This document shows, in pieces, positions 48,690 through 61,269 of a stretch of DNA of 64,000 bases. The notes beneath the pieces were generated by a model that searched no databases, was not told the DNA's origin, and was given only the letters and a program-made list of their open reading frames with translations. Every line of letters begins with the position of its first letter. Positions within the stretch are counted from its first letter, which is position 1. Origin of the DNA: Eutreptiella sp. 'Long Island Sound 2002' (lineage: Eukaryota > Protista > Euglenida). The position numbers and the translations under genes are program-made. The DNA lies in contig OZ038378.1 of the NCBI GenBank assembly GCA_964036045.1, positions 20,770,001-20,834,000 of the forward strand, read 5' to 3'.

Positions 48690-50200
48690 CAAGCAAACGT
48701 TATAAGGCGTGGGGCAGGACTGGGCCAACCTACTGACAATCCTTCCAAATGGATGTCACAGATGCAAGTGCAAACTTGCAGTGCATATCACAGTCCCTGA
48801 GGGTCAGGGTCCGTCGGTGGCTGGGTGCATGGGTGGGTATGGGTGCCCCTGCACCACATTCAGAATAACTGTCCCCATGCCTCCCTCAATAAACCTTTAT
48901 GGTGCCCCCCTGGGCTAAGAGGTTCCAACACGACAACAATGGGGCCAATTGGATTGGAGCACCAAACACTAGCCGGGAGTGTGCTGGACATCGGGTTGAG
49001 ACAACACGCCCCCCTGTTGTCACGTGTCTTTCGGTAAAGACGTAAGTACAGTCGTTGGTAAACGGTACATCCCCAACACGACTGGGACGAATGGATGGGC
49101 CCCGCTGTTGCCGGGGCCGTGTGGAAGTGGGGGGGGGGGGGCAGAGAAAAGACGATACAGAGCCCCATGCCCCACATCCCACACCCCACACCCCACATCC
49201 CATGCCCATGAGTCCCGCCGTTGTCCTTCGGCATGTGGGGTCACAGGGTGGCAGCGCACCCGGCGCTGGTACACGTGCCCCGTGGTCGGCCTGGTCTTCA
49301 CTGCGACTGGGTCGTTGATCTGGGTCGCCCGATCGTGTGAGGGCATTGTGAGGCAGAAACTGCTCTCTGCGGCACAGAGGCAGGGGGGGTCCAAGGGGGT
49401 TAACCCCCCTCCTCCTATGGTGTACGGTCATTCTAATCATTCCCCGCCCTCTGCACTGCGACGGATATATTATAGCTTGATCACAAGGGGGGGTTACAAA
49501 AGGGGCTCCAAAGGCAGGTGGCCCTTCGTGCCCCCTCCCCAAAAAACACCTGCAATACCTGAGGCACTGCCTCAGGCGCGGCCTGGGGCTTCGGGTACTG
49601 AGTGGGCACGATCCTTTGGACTGTGGAAGCAGAGGAGCAATGGACGAGGCTAGTGCAGAGGCCGACAGCGGTTGGGACTGCATCCCCTGCACGCACGTGA
49701 GGCATCACAGGGCAGGAACAAACGGAGCCAGAACATCCGGTTTCAAAATGCAATGCCTGTTCACAGAGGGAAATGAAATCCTACGGACTGGCACAGACCA
49801 CATCGGCGCCTTGGGGTTGTGCCCTTTGGCAAAGCGTGCTCCTTCACGCTGTGTGTAGCCAGGGTGTAGTGCAAGAGGTGCCCCCACACCAAGCCATAAG
49901 ACAGTCAAGTTCTATCACTAGATTGAAGGGCCCTGCTGCACTGGGAGTCTCATCTTGCTGAACGGGATCCTAGGTCCCTTGTTGACAAGGTGCAGTACTG
50001 CACCTGGGGCACAACGCATTTGGCGCCCGGGCATCCCCATCCTCCATCCAGTCCATGATCCACAGGCACACACAGGCACACACAGGCACACACAACCGAA
50101 CCCTGTGCACAGGCGGCCAAAAGCTGGTCACGCTGAGGGGGCCCTTTCCCTGCCACCCAACCCCAGGGAGGTGACCAATGGGCCAGGTGCATAAACCCCA
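48690..50200 (+). mobile_element. Third, internally deleted YR-retrotransposon relic
   Basis: GLVFTATGSLIWVARSCE aligns to RLVFLAICSIVYLWRVGG; FGLWKQRSNGRG* to WGRWWSQAQPRHY; NPTDW and LLHAVCSQ to the RNase H end (NPADV, LVAALCTQ). GGTGCATAA at 50186-94 matches the end of repeat B. The left boundary is uncertain. Confidence 0.55.
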
Positions 50201-50429
50201 CCCCAACCCCCCGATCCCTACACCCTTTGCACCACAGGTCCCGGAACGGGTCCAACACCGCCCCCATTCCCTCTTCCTCTCTCCTCAGGCCTGCAAGCGG
50301 GAGAAGATCGGGGGCAACACCAACCAGCAGGCTAGGACCCAGGACGGGCCCAAACACGAGGGCTGAGCGCCCAGCTGCAAGGTGTAGGTTTAGGGTGGGG
50401 ACAAGGTAGATTCAGAACAGGGCAGGAGC

Positions 50430-50980
50430 CCACCTTATCATCCAGCCCCGCTATGAAAGCAGGGGGTACTTAGAGCAGCCAAGTACCGTCCCCCAAGGCC
50501 AAGGGAACAGCTCATGGCCCCTCCCTCTATCAATGGACGAAAGGGACCCCGTAGCGCCAAGTACCGGCCCCCTGGGCCTTGGGAAAGGCTAGCAACCCCT
50601 GGAGACAGCGTGCGTTCAGGGGCCATGCAGCCTCCAAGGGCCTTGGGAACGGCTAGCGACCCCGAGTCCAAACCCCCACCCAGGGACCACGCGGCACCTA
50701 GTGCCTAGCCCCCCCCACCCCACCCCCGCCGGGCCTAGGGACACCTAGTGCCAAGCCCCCCCCCCCCCCCCCGCCCGCCGGCCCTTGGGAAGGGCTAGCG
50801 GCCCCTAGCAATAGCCAAAGGACCACGCGGCGCCTAGAACCGACACCTCTTGGGCCTCGGGAAAAACTAGCGACCTTGAGCCACAGCCGGCAAGCCGGGG
50901 CACGCGACACCAAATACCACCCCCCCCACCCACCCCCCGCCGGGAACAAGTTAGCAACAGCTAGCACCGCTAGCTGCCCC
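50430..50980. repeat. GC-rich tandem repeats (gggccttgggaa..gctagc.accc)
   Basis: Motif recurs at ~50575, 50638, 50780 and 50852. Confidence 0.65.
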
Positions 50981-51934
50981 AACCTCCCCATCCCTCGACA
51001 AACACATGCGCCCCACCACCAGTCCCTCCTAGTGCTTCACGGATAATAAAGGTGAGGCTATTCTCTACCCGTTTCTTTGCATGCAACAACACTAGGGAGT
51101 ATCCTCCCCGGAACAGTTGGTGGGAGGAATCCAGCTGCCGGCCACCAACGTGCTTTGTAGTGGAGATAGGAATAGGGAGGAGGGTAGGGATAACAAAGAG
51201 GCAAGTGCCCCAAAAACAAGGATAGTTGGCTTGTGGCAGCCAAATGTTTGAAGCAATGGTGCTTTTTGATGAGTGTCAGCTCCTCCTAGCTTCTCACTTG
51301 CCGCCGAGTAGCTCAGTTGCATTGTTCGCCCACCAACAAGGAATGTCAGCTCGTCCTATCGAGCACGGTCTACTTTGGCACTATGAGGCTACTTTTGTTT
51401 GGGTTTGACAACGGCAACGCATGGTAGTACGAGAGGCTCTTGTCAAATCCCCTAATGCGTTCCTCACCGAGGGCTGCTGCTGCCCGGGGGGTGCCATCCG
51501 CAACAGCAGCGGGTGGGGCACTACACCCCCTCAGCCTCCCTCTCCCACACTGGCTAGCACCCATGACCTAGACGTGCCGGGTGGGTCAGGGTGCTCAAGG
51601 GGTGAGGTGATCGGCCACTTTGTAGCCGTCCCCAATGGGGTTCTGCTCCCTCGGCAGAGGAAGCAGGCCCCCATTGGTGAAATGCAGGTTGGGAGGGAAA
51701 GGAGAGATGCACCCGTGCACATGTGCCCATGTGCACGGGTAAACAACATTAGCGGACTGTTTTTGGGGAAATGGGGGCCTTCAGCCCTTTCCAAATATTA
51801 GCACTTTGCACAACATGCCGGCATTGTACAGTTACAATGACAGTGTGCAAGTAGCAGACCGAGTCTACAGGCTACAGACCGCCGTGCCTGAGTGCAGGGG
51901 TACACAACGTTAGCAGATCATTTTTGGAGCAGGC

Positions 51935-52090
51935 ACGCATAGGCACACACAAGCACACACAGGTACACATCGGCAAACACAGGTGTACAGGCACACAGGC
52001 ACACACAGGTACACACAAGCACACATAGCTTCACACAAGTGCACAGGCACACATCCGCTGGCATAGGCCCACACAGGCTCACACAAGCGC
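51935..52090. repeat. (GGCACACACA)n-type microsatellite
   Basis: Read directly from sequence. Confidence 0.85.
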
Positions 52091-52589
52091 ACAGGGTACT
52101 CGTCAGGCCGTGACAAAGTGGTTGGGTGGTCTCCGTGCCTTGGGGAGAGGGAAATGTGGAGGTAGACACGGAGACGGGGGTGATATTGGGGAAACAGTGG
52201 GTGGTGTTTGGCGGCACCGAGTCACAACAAGAGACAGGTGCAGGACATGCAGAGCGACAGGATCCACGCCACAGTAATGCAAAAGGAAATTCAGGGCCGT
52301 TAGTGGAGGGTTTAGGTGTTGGACAGGGATGCGCACCTTTTTCTGAACCTCAGCCTTTCCACTTTCGGGAATGCAGCGGGGGGCTTTCCACCTGCAGAAC
52401 ACAACCCGAAATGTCACACCCATGTCTCTTGCAAGAACAGGGCAAACCTCACTACAACTTGCCAAAACTTCGGCAAATGATGAAAAACCCTTGCCACTCC
52501 GCCATTTGGTGTATTCCTCTGCTTGACGGATGTGGGCATTGGAGCCTACCTACGGCACCAAAAGCATATGCCCACAGCCCCACCGAAGC

Positions 52590-53830
52590 CATACGGGCCC
52601 TGCAGGCCCTAACAAACCTCATAACCCCACCAAAGACCTCAGCCATCCAATGCCTACGGCGGCAATGCTGACAGCCCAATGCCCATGGCCCCATGGCCTC
52701 CAGTCCCAATCAAGGACCCATGGCTCCATGAATCATTCTATTGCCTTTGGCAAGACACCTTGAACAGTTCAGGAGAGTATACTACAAAACAGCAAAAGAA
52801 GTTTTGCTGGTTTGCTGGTTTGCAACGTAAACCTACTCCCTGCTGGTACATTCCCTGGCCCTTATGAAGATGGGTGTCATCTTCTGCAGCTCCCCATGTT
52901 GAGGGCAGAGAGGTTTCAAGGAGTGACCAAAGGAATGGCACCTTGAGGGAAATCAAAGATTGTATTTTGCATTTGCTACCAACAATATGAAAAGAAACCA
53001 TCCAAGCACTGTGGTCGACGCCCTACTGAGGCATGCATCGGGTTTCTTAGAAAGTTGACGACAGGGTGGTGTGGTGTATTGCTGCCCCTGGCCTGCGTGC
53101 CATACTATCCTCACAACTGCGTCCGTCAAATACCCGTCTTCTTTGATGTTGAGATGCAGTTCATGTTTGCCAAGAACAGTAAGAAAACAAATGTGCATGC
53201 TGTACGCTTCACATCCACGCAGAGCATTTGAACAGCAGCGTGATTTCATTTGAAAGCGGGGTATCCAATGGCTAAGGCGGCGTTTGGCCGCACAAGCCTG
53301 ACATCACAAAGACGGGCGTGCATGTGGAACAACAAGCTACCTTCCACATCTACCGCGAGCCTATGTAGCACACTACGCCGTACAAAACACGGTTATGCAC
53401 CACTTGCTTGCCTTCCTTGTCCTGCCGAATCAAAGACATGTGGATGTCCAGGAGACCAAAATTTGAGCTGAATGAAGCAGAGGAATAATGAACAGGGTTC
53501 CACTCGCCTGGGACATCAAGAAAACGGATGTGCATGTGAAAATAACGTTTGACGAACACACCATTTTTTGCATCGGATCTGAGATGTTGTTGTTGTCAAG
53601 TTCAAAGACACCTTGACCAAACGAAACCATATTTGGACCCTCTGGCAACACTTCCCGAACTGCAATGGCACACCATTGCAGAATTCACCAGTCCATTTCC
53701 ATTTGACTGCAGCATTTTTGTGATGAACCCTCATTTCTGTTGGTTGAAAGCCATACGCATGATTGTGCGGTAAGTTGCCTGAGTATCTATGCCTTTGGCG
53801 GTCCCGCTGCCCCACGCCGCAGTCTTTGAG
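52590..53830 (-). pseudogene. Tentative decayed D5-like (SF3) primase-helicase of viral type
   Basis: Colinear broken motifs: TAAW, MVSFGQGVFEL, VKRYF, WMVSFHIVG/ANAK (Walker A-like), IFIRARE (Walker B-like), AEVFGGVMRFVRA. Many stops and frameshifts. Based on recalled family motifs only. Confidence 0.33.
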
Positions 53831-54015
53831 AAGAGCAGCCCTTGAGAGAGGGCAGCCCTTTGGGGGGGGCATGGGGTGGTGTGCAACGCACTCAACTTTG
53901 CCCCTCAGCCATTTACGGTCACAGACATGCGGCCATAACACAACAACGCCGCCCTGACATCTTCCGGACGCTCTACCAATGACAGCGTGTTCGTCAAATG
54001 CGTGACCGGGTGGCT

Positions 54016-54753
54016 TCACCCAGTGTGACCCCTTTTGGCGGGGGCGCGTGGGTCCAGCAGCGCACCTTTATTAGCTGCGTTCTCGTCATGAGCCTCTTGC
54101 GAATGCTGTCGCAGGCATGGGAGGGGCTCTTGCAGGACCGTAGTGCGGGTGTGGGGAAGCAAATCCATGTCAGAGCCCCTGTGCTCAAGGTCAGGGCATG
54201 AAGCCCGGGACGCACCCTTGGCATTGGACGGCCTCTGGGGCGGGTCGGGGCCCTGCGACGGGGGTTCTTGGCCACTGCCCATGGCCGTCTTGGGACCAAC
54301 ATCGCCTGTGGAGCACACGGGGCCCTGGGTCTTTGACAAGGGGTCTGTGGCGGGATTCACAAGGTCGAGGGCGCTTTCGACAGGGGTCCGGGGGGTCGCG
54401 ACATCCAGGGCGCTGTGCGCTAAGGGCGCCAGACCCACGATACTGCCGGGGGACACCCGTGGCGTGAAATCAGTGGTGACACTGCGACCGATGCGCACCA
54501 CCGTTTCCCTTCGCTTCGGGGGGGCGCCCACGGTGGTCTTGCGATGGCGGGGGGGCCATGACGATCCCAGCGCGTCAATGTCCGAAGACATTGCAATCGA
54601 GTGGGTGGTGCGGTGGAGCTCCTTGAGGTCCATAGCAGTCGCAACTTTACGGACGGGGAGGGTTTCCAGCGTGCCACTGGTGCCGCGAGGGGGTAGTGCG
54701 CCGGACGTGCTTGAGGATGGCGGGAACTCAGTGTCCGAGACTGCCCGCTGCTC
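54016..54753 (-). CDS. Candidate host exon, Ser/Pro/Thr-rich
   Basis: Acceptor tctgttcgcag|GAG, phase 0 (compatible with the 56855 donor). Open to TGA at 54016 or a donor at ctgg|gtgaag. Confidence 0.6.
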   Translation of the reverse strand, partial: EQRAVSDTEFPPSSSTSGALPPRGTSGTLETLPVRKVATAMDLKELHRTTHSIAMSSDIDALGSSWPPRHRKTTVGAPPKRRETVVRIGRSVTTDFTPRVSPGSIVGLAPLAHSALDVATPRTPVESALDLVNPATDPLSKTQGPVCSTGDVGPKTAMGSGQEPPSQGPDPPQRPSNAKGASRASCPDLEHRGSDMDLLPHTRTTVLQEPLPCLRQHSQEAHDENAANKGALLDPRAPAKRGHTG

Positions 54754-55849
54754 CTGCGAACAGACATACAGATCAGGCTGGATGCTGAGCCACAACCCTA
54801 AACGCACTACTGGTATGGTCGCATACCAGCGCAGGCACATGCACAGGTACTTGCAATGGACATGCCCACCCTGAACACTCAGCACATAACCTGCTGCAAA
54901 AGGCCCCTTTAGAGTTGCACATGGTGCGTGTCATCATTCCTCAGCGCGAAAGATGCAACACATGGAGACCTGCCGTGCATAATGTTCAGACCTGGCCATA
55001 TTGAGTCATTTCAGCTTAACCAAGGGATAAATTTGTTTGTCCTTAGCAAAAGTCATAAGCCAATTTCCGTCTGCTCTTCCCTGCTGCTCGACAGTGAATT
55101 GTTTGATCATCGGATGCCAGCAATTGTAGGGGAATACGGTACGAGAATGTGCGCCTTCGTGATCAACGGGATACCATATCAAGCTGTTTAAATCACACAT
55201 TCTTTCCAGGCGTATTGATTCCTTTGTTTCCTTAGTTCATGTGCTGGAGATCCGTTTATGCATTGGAATCACAATGCACTTTCCAGCAAAGCTGACATCA
55301 GCGAACGTTGGGCTTCATCGCCATGTGCGGTGCCGTGTGTAGGGACTTGCGAGGCGTGTCATCATTGACTGCACAGGGCAGGCAGCCTGCTGCCAGAGAA
55401 CGTCATTAGGTCCGGTGACCAAGCTACTAAGTCCTCATGAAACCTTCCTCCATGCCAACAGAGTCTCGTTTCCTCAATCTGCCGCAGCCCCTGGTACCAG
55501 TATGCCAAGCGAGGAGCCATGCTAATTGCCGGAGGAAATGTCAGGGGGGGTGGGCGATGTTCGAATTCTGTACATAGGGGTCTTAAGAAAACTTTTCAGG
55601 ATGTTGGGGTAGTTTGGGTGCTTTTTGCACATTTCATACCTGGCCGCTGAAAAGGGGGGTAGTTTTCCCATTGACGAAAAGTGGGGGGAACTAGGCAAAA
55701 AGAGGGTGTGTCTACCACCTCAGACAGATGAATACAACATGACGACACTCCACAGGTACTATGCGCAAATGCCCAAACTGCCCGGCCTTGCCTCCCAAGC
55801 TTGCAGGGGAGGGGATACAGACTTGCAGTGGCCATTTTCAAAAAAAATA

Positions 55850-56340
55850 GCCCACCCTCCAATATCCACCAATAAACACCATCATGGGATGCGACCAGCA
55901 CTCCAGGGGTTCTGGCCAAGCTTCAAAGTGTCACACTGCCCAACAATCAATAGACCAAAGGGGGCTGAAATCAAAATGGCTCTTGGAAATGGCTGCGTAA
56001 CCCTTGCTGTCTTGGGGAGAAATGAAATGGCTACATCGCCTGTGCCATCTCGGGGATGAAATCAAAGTGGCTGTGTCACCCTGTCCCAGGGAAAACTGAC
56101 CATCTTGGGGAAATCAAAATGACTCCGGCTGTCTCGGCAAAAAGTGAAATGGCTGCATAAATCCTGCTGTTGCAGGGAAAAGTAACATCGCTGCATAACC
56201 CCTCCTTTGTCAGGGAGGGTTGCATAACCCTTACCATCTCGGGGAGAAATCAAAGTGGCTACATAACCCCTGCGGTCTCGGGTCCACAGTCTGGGGAGGA
56301 AGCAAAGTGGCTACATAACCACTGCCTTCTTGATCAAAAG
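55850..56340. repeat. GCTACATAACCCC satellite family copy
   Basis: Repeated gggga(g)aaatcaaa(g)tggct(a/g)cat(a)accc motifs. Confidence 0.75.
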
Positions 56341-56854
56341 GGCTACACAACACTTGCGAAATGTGCAAAAAGGTTCTTGACAAAATTTTTCAGCACCATC
56401 GAAAAAAGGGGCTACTTTGGCCAAACTATACCCCCTGTCGAGAATTCGAAGGCTGGGAAACGCAAATGTCCACGAAACACAGCCACCCCACTGTAACAAT
56501 CGACAAATCAACTGGCACGCCTCATATCCCAGAAGCATTGTTCCCACGGAACAACCATTGTTTCGGCGTTGGAGCACCTGGCTTCCGACCGTGAAACCTG
56601 GGTTCGATGCCTGGCGAGGGAGGCACAGCTCATGCTACATTCATTGCAAAACGGGTGAAACGAACTCTCATTGGATTTTCTCATATACAGCTTCCTTCGA
56701 ATGTGTGGGTTTGCGGTGCCGAACAGCCGACGATTGCAGCATGACAGAGAGATTGGAGCGAGGCTGGGATTCACAACGCTGAGATTCACGAGCAAACTGC
56801 TGACCTACAGACAGAGAAATCACAACACAGACTGTCAGGCCTGGCTGGGCATAC

Positions 56855-58166
56855 TTCTTGTGGGGGGCCCAGTGTCACCCAAGGGCCCTCAATCTGCTGG
56901 GCAGGATCAAAGTACAGGTTCGCACCAGGGCCCAACCGACGTTTCGCACCCAAACCGCCGGGAGAAGCCGACGTCTTGGAGCTGCCAGAGTTTTTGGGGC
57001 TGAGACTTGGATCTGAGGCCTCAGAGCACTCCTCCGGGGTCGGACCCAGCGGATTCAGCGCTGCGTTTGAAGAACATTGTCGAGAGCTCACATCTTCATC
57101 CGGGGGAACAGAAAGTTGACCCGGATGCTGCAGATACCCCATATCTCCAATCGGCACGGATACACTGCGACGCTTCTGCCACTTTGGATTGGCGCTCAGG
57201 CTGAGCGGTGGAACGCCTATTGGGTCAACAGAAAATTGCCGTGCATTGGGGCCTCCAGGTGTTGCGTCCCCATTGTGAGTCTGTCTGGAACTGTGTCTTG
57301 ACGATGGGGTGCGGTTCCTGAACGGATCCGCAGCAAGTGGCCGATGCTTCAGGCCGCTCATCGTACTTGGTTTGCGGTCGCAATTGGGAGCTGGAGAGGG
57401 CTGTTGGGGGGGCTGCTTAGAATGGCAGATGGTTCTTGCAGATGGAACTGGACTCAAAACCCCAAATGGATTCACCGACGCCGACCGACGCTTGAGGCCG
57501 CTGGGCGAACTTTGGCCATTCGGATCTGTCGAAGATGGGGGTCGCATCCTGGCATTCCCAGTCGGGTCTAACGACGGCTGTCGTCGCCTGACGCCGCTGC
57601 TTGTGCTTTCCCTTGGGCTTACGCGGACGTTGCCACTCAGGTTGACAGACAGTTTTCGTTGCCTTTGCCCCGCACTTGGGGTGAAAGGGCCATTCGGATC
57701 AATTGAATGCAGTCGTTGCTTCTCCACCCCGCCCGAGCTTGTCGTTGCCTGCTGGGCGGTGGGCCCTGCGGAGCTTGAGCTCCCAGTGGGAATCAGAGAC
57801 TGCTGTCGTTGCCTGGCAGTGGCGTTCGGACTTTCCGTTGAACCTGGCTCTTGATGCGGCGCTGATACTGAGATACTCAATCGTGACGATGATCCCGGCA
57901 CTGCGCTGCATGTGTCCTCGGCAAAATCCAGGATCTCATCGAGAGTCAGGCTGGCACCAGTGAAATTAAACACGGGTCTTTTCTCTTTGCACATCATCAA
58001 CTGTGACATTGCAACCAGGTACGTAGTGGTAGCCTCCTCCAGCTCGCTGGACCAGGCTTTTGCATGTCCCTGCATCCTTAACCTGTGGCAGACTGTGTTG
58101 GCTTGCATTACTTTGCTCCGGAGTTCCCTCTGGCCTGTGAGCCACTCCATGAACAGCGCGTCAAAC
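56855..58166 (-). CDS. Large host exon (1,312 nt): short helical segment then disordered region with repeated RxxS[VIL][DN]PxG motifs
   Basis: ttctgtttgtccacag|G...GAA|gtatgc, 1+437 codons open. Confidence 0.72.
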
Positions 58167-58195
58167 CTGTGGACAAACAGAAACTCTTCCTCCCT

Positions 58196-58198
<3 letters not shown>

Positions 58199-58247
<49 letters not shown>
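58199..58247. repeat. (TC)n microsatellite next to the 58166 acceptor
   Basis: Read directly from sequence; explains the spurious ERERER N-terminus of the 529-aa ORF. Confidence 0.95.
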
Positions 58248-58249
<2 letters not shown>

Positions 58250-60904
58250 GTTTCTCACCCTCACCCTCTCCCTCTCCTCGTCCCTCTTCCCACCTGCCAC
58301 TTGCCCCTCTGTTAGAGTTGCAGCAAACCTTGCCAATTCCGCCTGACCCCCGATCTCCTCACAGAGATCTCCCAAACCTTGTTCGTTGGTCCCTGGACCT
58401 TGGCTCCTGGCCTGGACTGGGACTCCTCCCCTAAACTGTGGCCGTGAGTAGTTTAAAAAAAAAAGCCAAGATCATCCTCATTGTCATCATCATCACCACC
58501 ACCACCACCACCACATAGTTCTATCGGATCTGCGCACCTTGTTTCACGAGGTGCATAGGGGGGGGGGGGGGGGTGCCAACGAAGCGCGCCGGGGAGGGGG
58601 GGTTGGCAAACAGGCATGGCGGTCTGTAGTCTGTAGATGTGGTCTGCTCTAAGTAGACGCAGTCTGCTAATTGTAAACACTGTTGGCATGTTGTAGACGT
58701 GAAATGACTTTCTTTGGGAAGGGAGCTGAAGGCCCCATTCCCCAAAAACGATCCGAAAACGTTGTTTACCTGTGCACATGCGCACATCTCTCGAGCAAGC
58801 GAAGCGAGTGAGGAAGGCGCATAGGGGTGGGTCTCGAGTGAGCAAAGCGAGCAATGAAGGCGCACAGGGGCGGGGGGCAGGGGGTTGCGCAATTGGGGGG
58901 GTTTGGCGCGGGGGCCTCTTCTAGAACCTTCAGTCAACATTAAGGAGAGACATAACACCAGGGTGTCAAGAGCGCAGGAGACCAGCCCCACTCCGCAGAA
59001 TGCAGCGTTGGCTGATCATCCGCAGCAACAGTGGCTGATTGAATGAAAAAAAAAATGTGCAATTAACTATCAAAAACTGCCCATTGATTGCCAGCACTGT
59101 TGTGAACCGGGAACCAACAGCCGACCCTTCACAACAGTCCAAAATAGAAAAGACTTTGTGTATTAATTAACGACCCCTTGGCCACGATTCATCCACTGTC
59201 CTGACTGACCCTTTTTCTTCTCGCAAAGACAAGTGCAAAGGGGAAGCACACTGTTTCTTCCGGGCAAAATACATCTTTTTGATGATGTCCTCTTTGAGAT
59301 GTCTGGGGAACATGCCCTGGGCCAATTGACGTATCAACATTTGACTCATCTTTTGCCTCTTGGAAGACATCGTGATTGCGTTCTAAGAGAGCATTGCGGA
59401 GGTCGTGGCCATTTGCGGTGCAACAGCGGCTAAGCCGCAACACATGTGACACAAAATGCAAATAGCATCATTTACCACACAATACATCACCACACAACAT
59501 AGCATAACACGAGTGGAAAATGTAACTCGTGTACAAAAAAAATTGTCAATACGTGTAATTTGTTTTTGGCAGTAAATTGTGTAATGATAAAAAACCATCA
59601 AACCAGTGAAAAAAACTCGTTGGTGCGTGTAATTTTGTTTCGCGCTAAGTCGTGTAATTATCAAAAAAATTTGGACAATTGTAAAAACAAAATGCAACTT
59701 TTGCAATTTGTGCGCAACATGTTCAATTGTCTGTTCCGTACGGCACCCCATAGCTACCTTGGGGGAGTATCTGCGCCGCACGCGCACCGCGGCTACTTTT
59801 CCAACGTGTTTGCCGGTAAGGGGCTGGCTTTGACACACCTCCCAAAATGCCCCCTAAGGAGAGATAACTCTTGGGTACCACACACCGGGGCCGAGCTTCA
59901 AGGGCGGGATCTTCAAAGAGCAACAAACGACAAGCATGGACGGTTTGATGGAACAACTTGGTGCAGTAGTTCACCTCAAGAGTATCACGGACCAGGCTCA
60001 AAACCCCTAGACAAGGGGCCACCAGGGCAGAAGCCGCAGCTGCTTGGTCAGGCCAGACCGCTAAATCTCCACGCCAATATAACATAGTATCACTTGGCAC
60101 TAGAAACAAAATCAGGCTCTAGAAAGGGATATGGAAAGAGGCAGAAAAGATATCCACTCCGATGCGCTCAAGGCCCAGAGGCTCCTGCATGCAGTGCGAA
60201 GGCAGTGGCGCAAATGGAAATACTTTTTGTGGCCACCAAGGCATTGGGATGCAGCCAATATAATGGCATGTTTATACACTCCACGTTTGGTACACCAAAT
60301 AGGCGGAGGAAAATCTAGCAACGCGAAAAGCCGACAAAACATGCACCTACTACAAGTAGTTGCAAATTGCATGTTTGCATATGAGGTTAGTCTTCGTATC
60401 CGAGGACTTGGGCTTTGCACCACAACTGTTGTTCCGCCGACAACCCACGCGCAACTCATCTACCGGCTGCTTGGTCAGCTCATTGATGAACTAATGGTCA
60501 CTCTGGCTAGCCAGATGCGTCTTTGGGGTAGCTATCCGGCACCTTGCACCACTCCTTGCACCACTCCACGGATGAGGACCTTTGGACGGGTGTCCTCCTC
60601 TGTGGCAAGAGTGGCCATGGAAGGTTGCACCCTAGGCTCCGGGCCCTCCACGCTTTGCTAACAGGAGGCATCCTTGCCTTTGAGCGGGGTGGGGCTGGCC
60701 TAAACACTCTCCTAGATCTCAACATCCTCACCTATGAGCGGGGTGGGTGTGGCCTGAACACTATCCTCAATCTCCAAAAGTGCACCTTTGAACTTGGGTG
60801 CTCGGGGGGGCCTAACATTCATGATTGAGTGCCTAGGGAGCCACCCCCTAGGCCTTACCTGTGCCCTGTAATTATTTCCCCGCAGGGACCGGCGGGAGTT
60901 ATTT

Positions 60905-61265
60905 CCGGCCACAACGAAGCGTGGGAGTCCATCACCCCGACTCGAGGGGCCATGCCAAACATGGGAGTCCATCACCCCAACTCGAGGGGCCGGTCATATC
61001 CCCAACCGGAAAGGGGCCACTCCATATCCCCAACCGGAAAGGGGCTAGTCCACATCCCCAACCAAAAAGGGGCCGCTCCATATCTGCAACTGGAAAGGGG
61101 CTAGTCCATATCCCCAAATGGAAAGGGGCCGCTCGTTATCCCCAACCGGAAAGGGGCTGCCTCATATCCCCGGCTAGAAAAGGGCCGGTCCATATCCCCA
61201 ACCAAAAAGGGGCCAGCCCATATCCCCAACGGAAAGAGCCCGCCCATATCCCCAACCGGAGGGCG
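60905..61265. repeat. 28-bp tandem minisatellite (ccccaaccggaaaggggc..tccatat)
   Basis: Period 28 (starts at 61000, 61028, 61056); no unique spacers. Confidence 0.9.
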
Positions 61266-61269
61266 GCCA

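Noticed and set aside
56555-56625. tRNA-Gly/Glu gene
   Set aside because: Only a B-box-like GGTTCGATGCC and 3' half resemble tRNA; no A box or acceptor pairing. At most a SINE relic.
58167-58375. ERERER N-terminus of the 529-aa ORF
   Set aside because: Derived from the intronic (TC)n tract upstream of the acceptor at 58167.
59990-60200. LTR integrase HHCC zinc finger (GHQGRS ... CMQC)
   Set aside because: Motifs are in different frames with ~50-aa spacing, and no DDE core follows.
60905-61265. CRISPR-like array
   Set aside because: 28-bp units are contiguous with no unique spacers; eukaryotic context, no cas genes.
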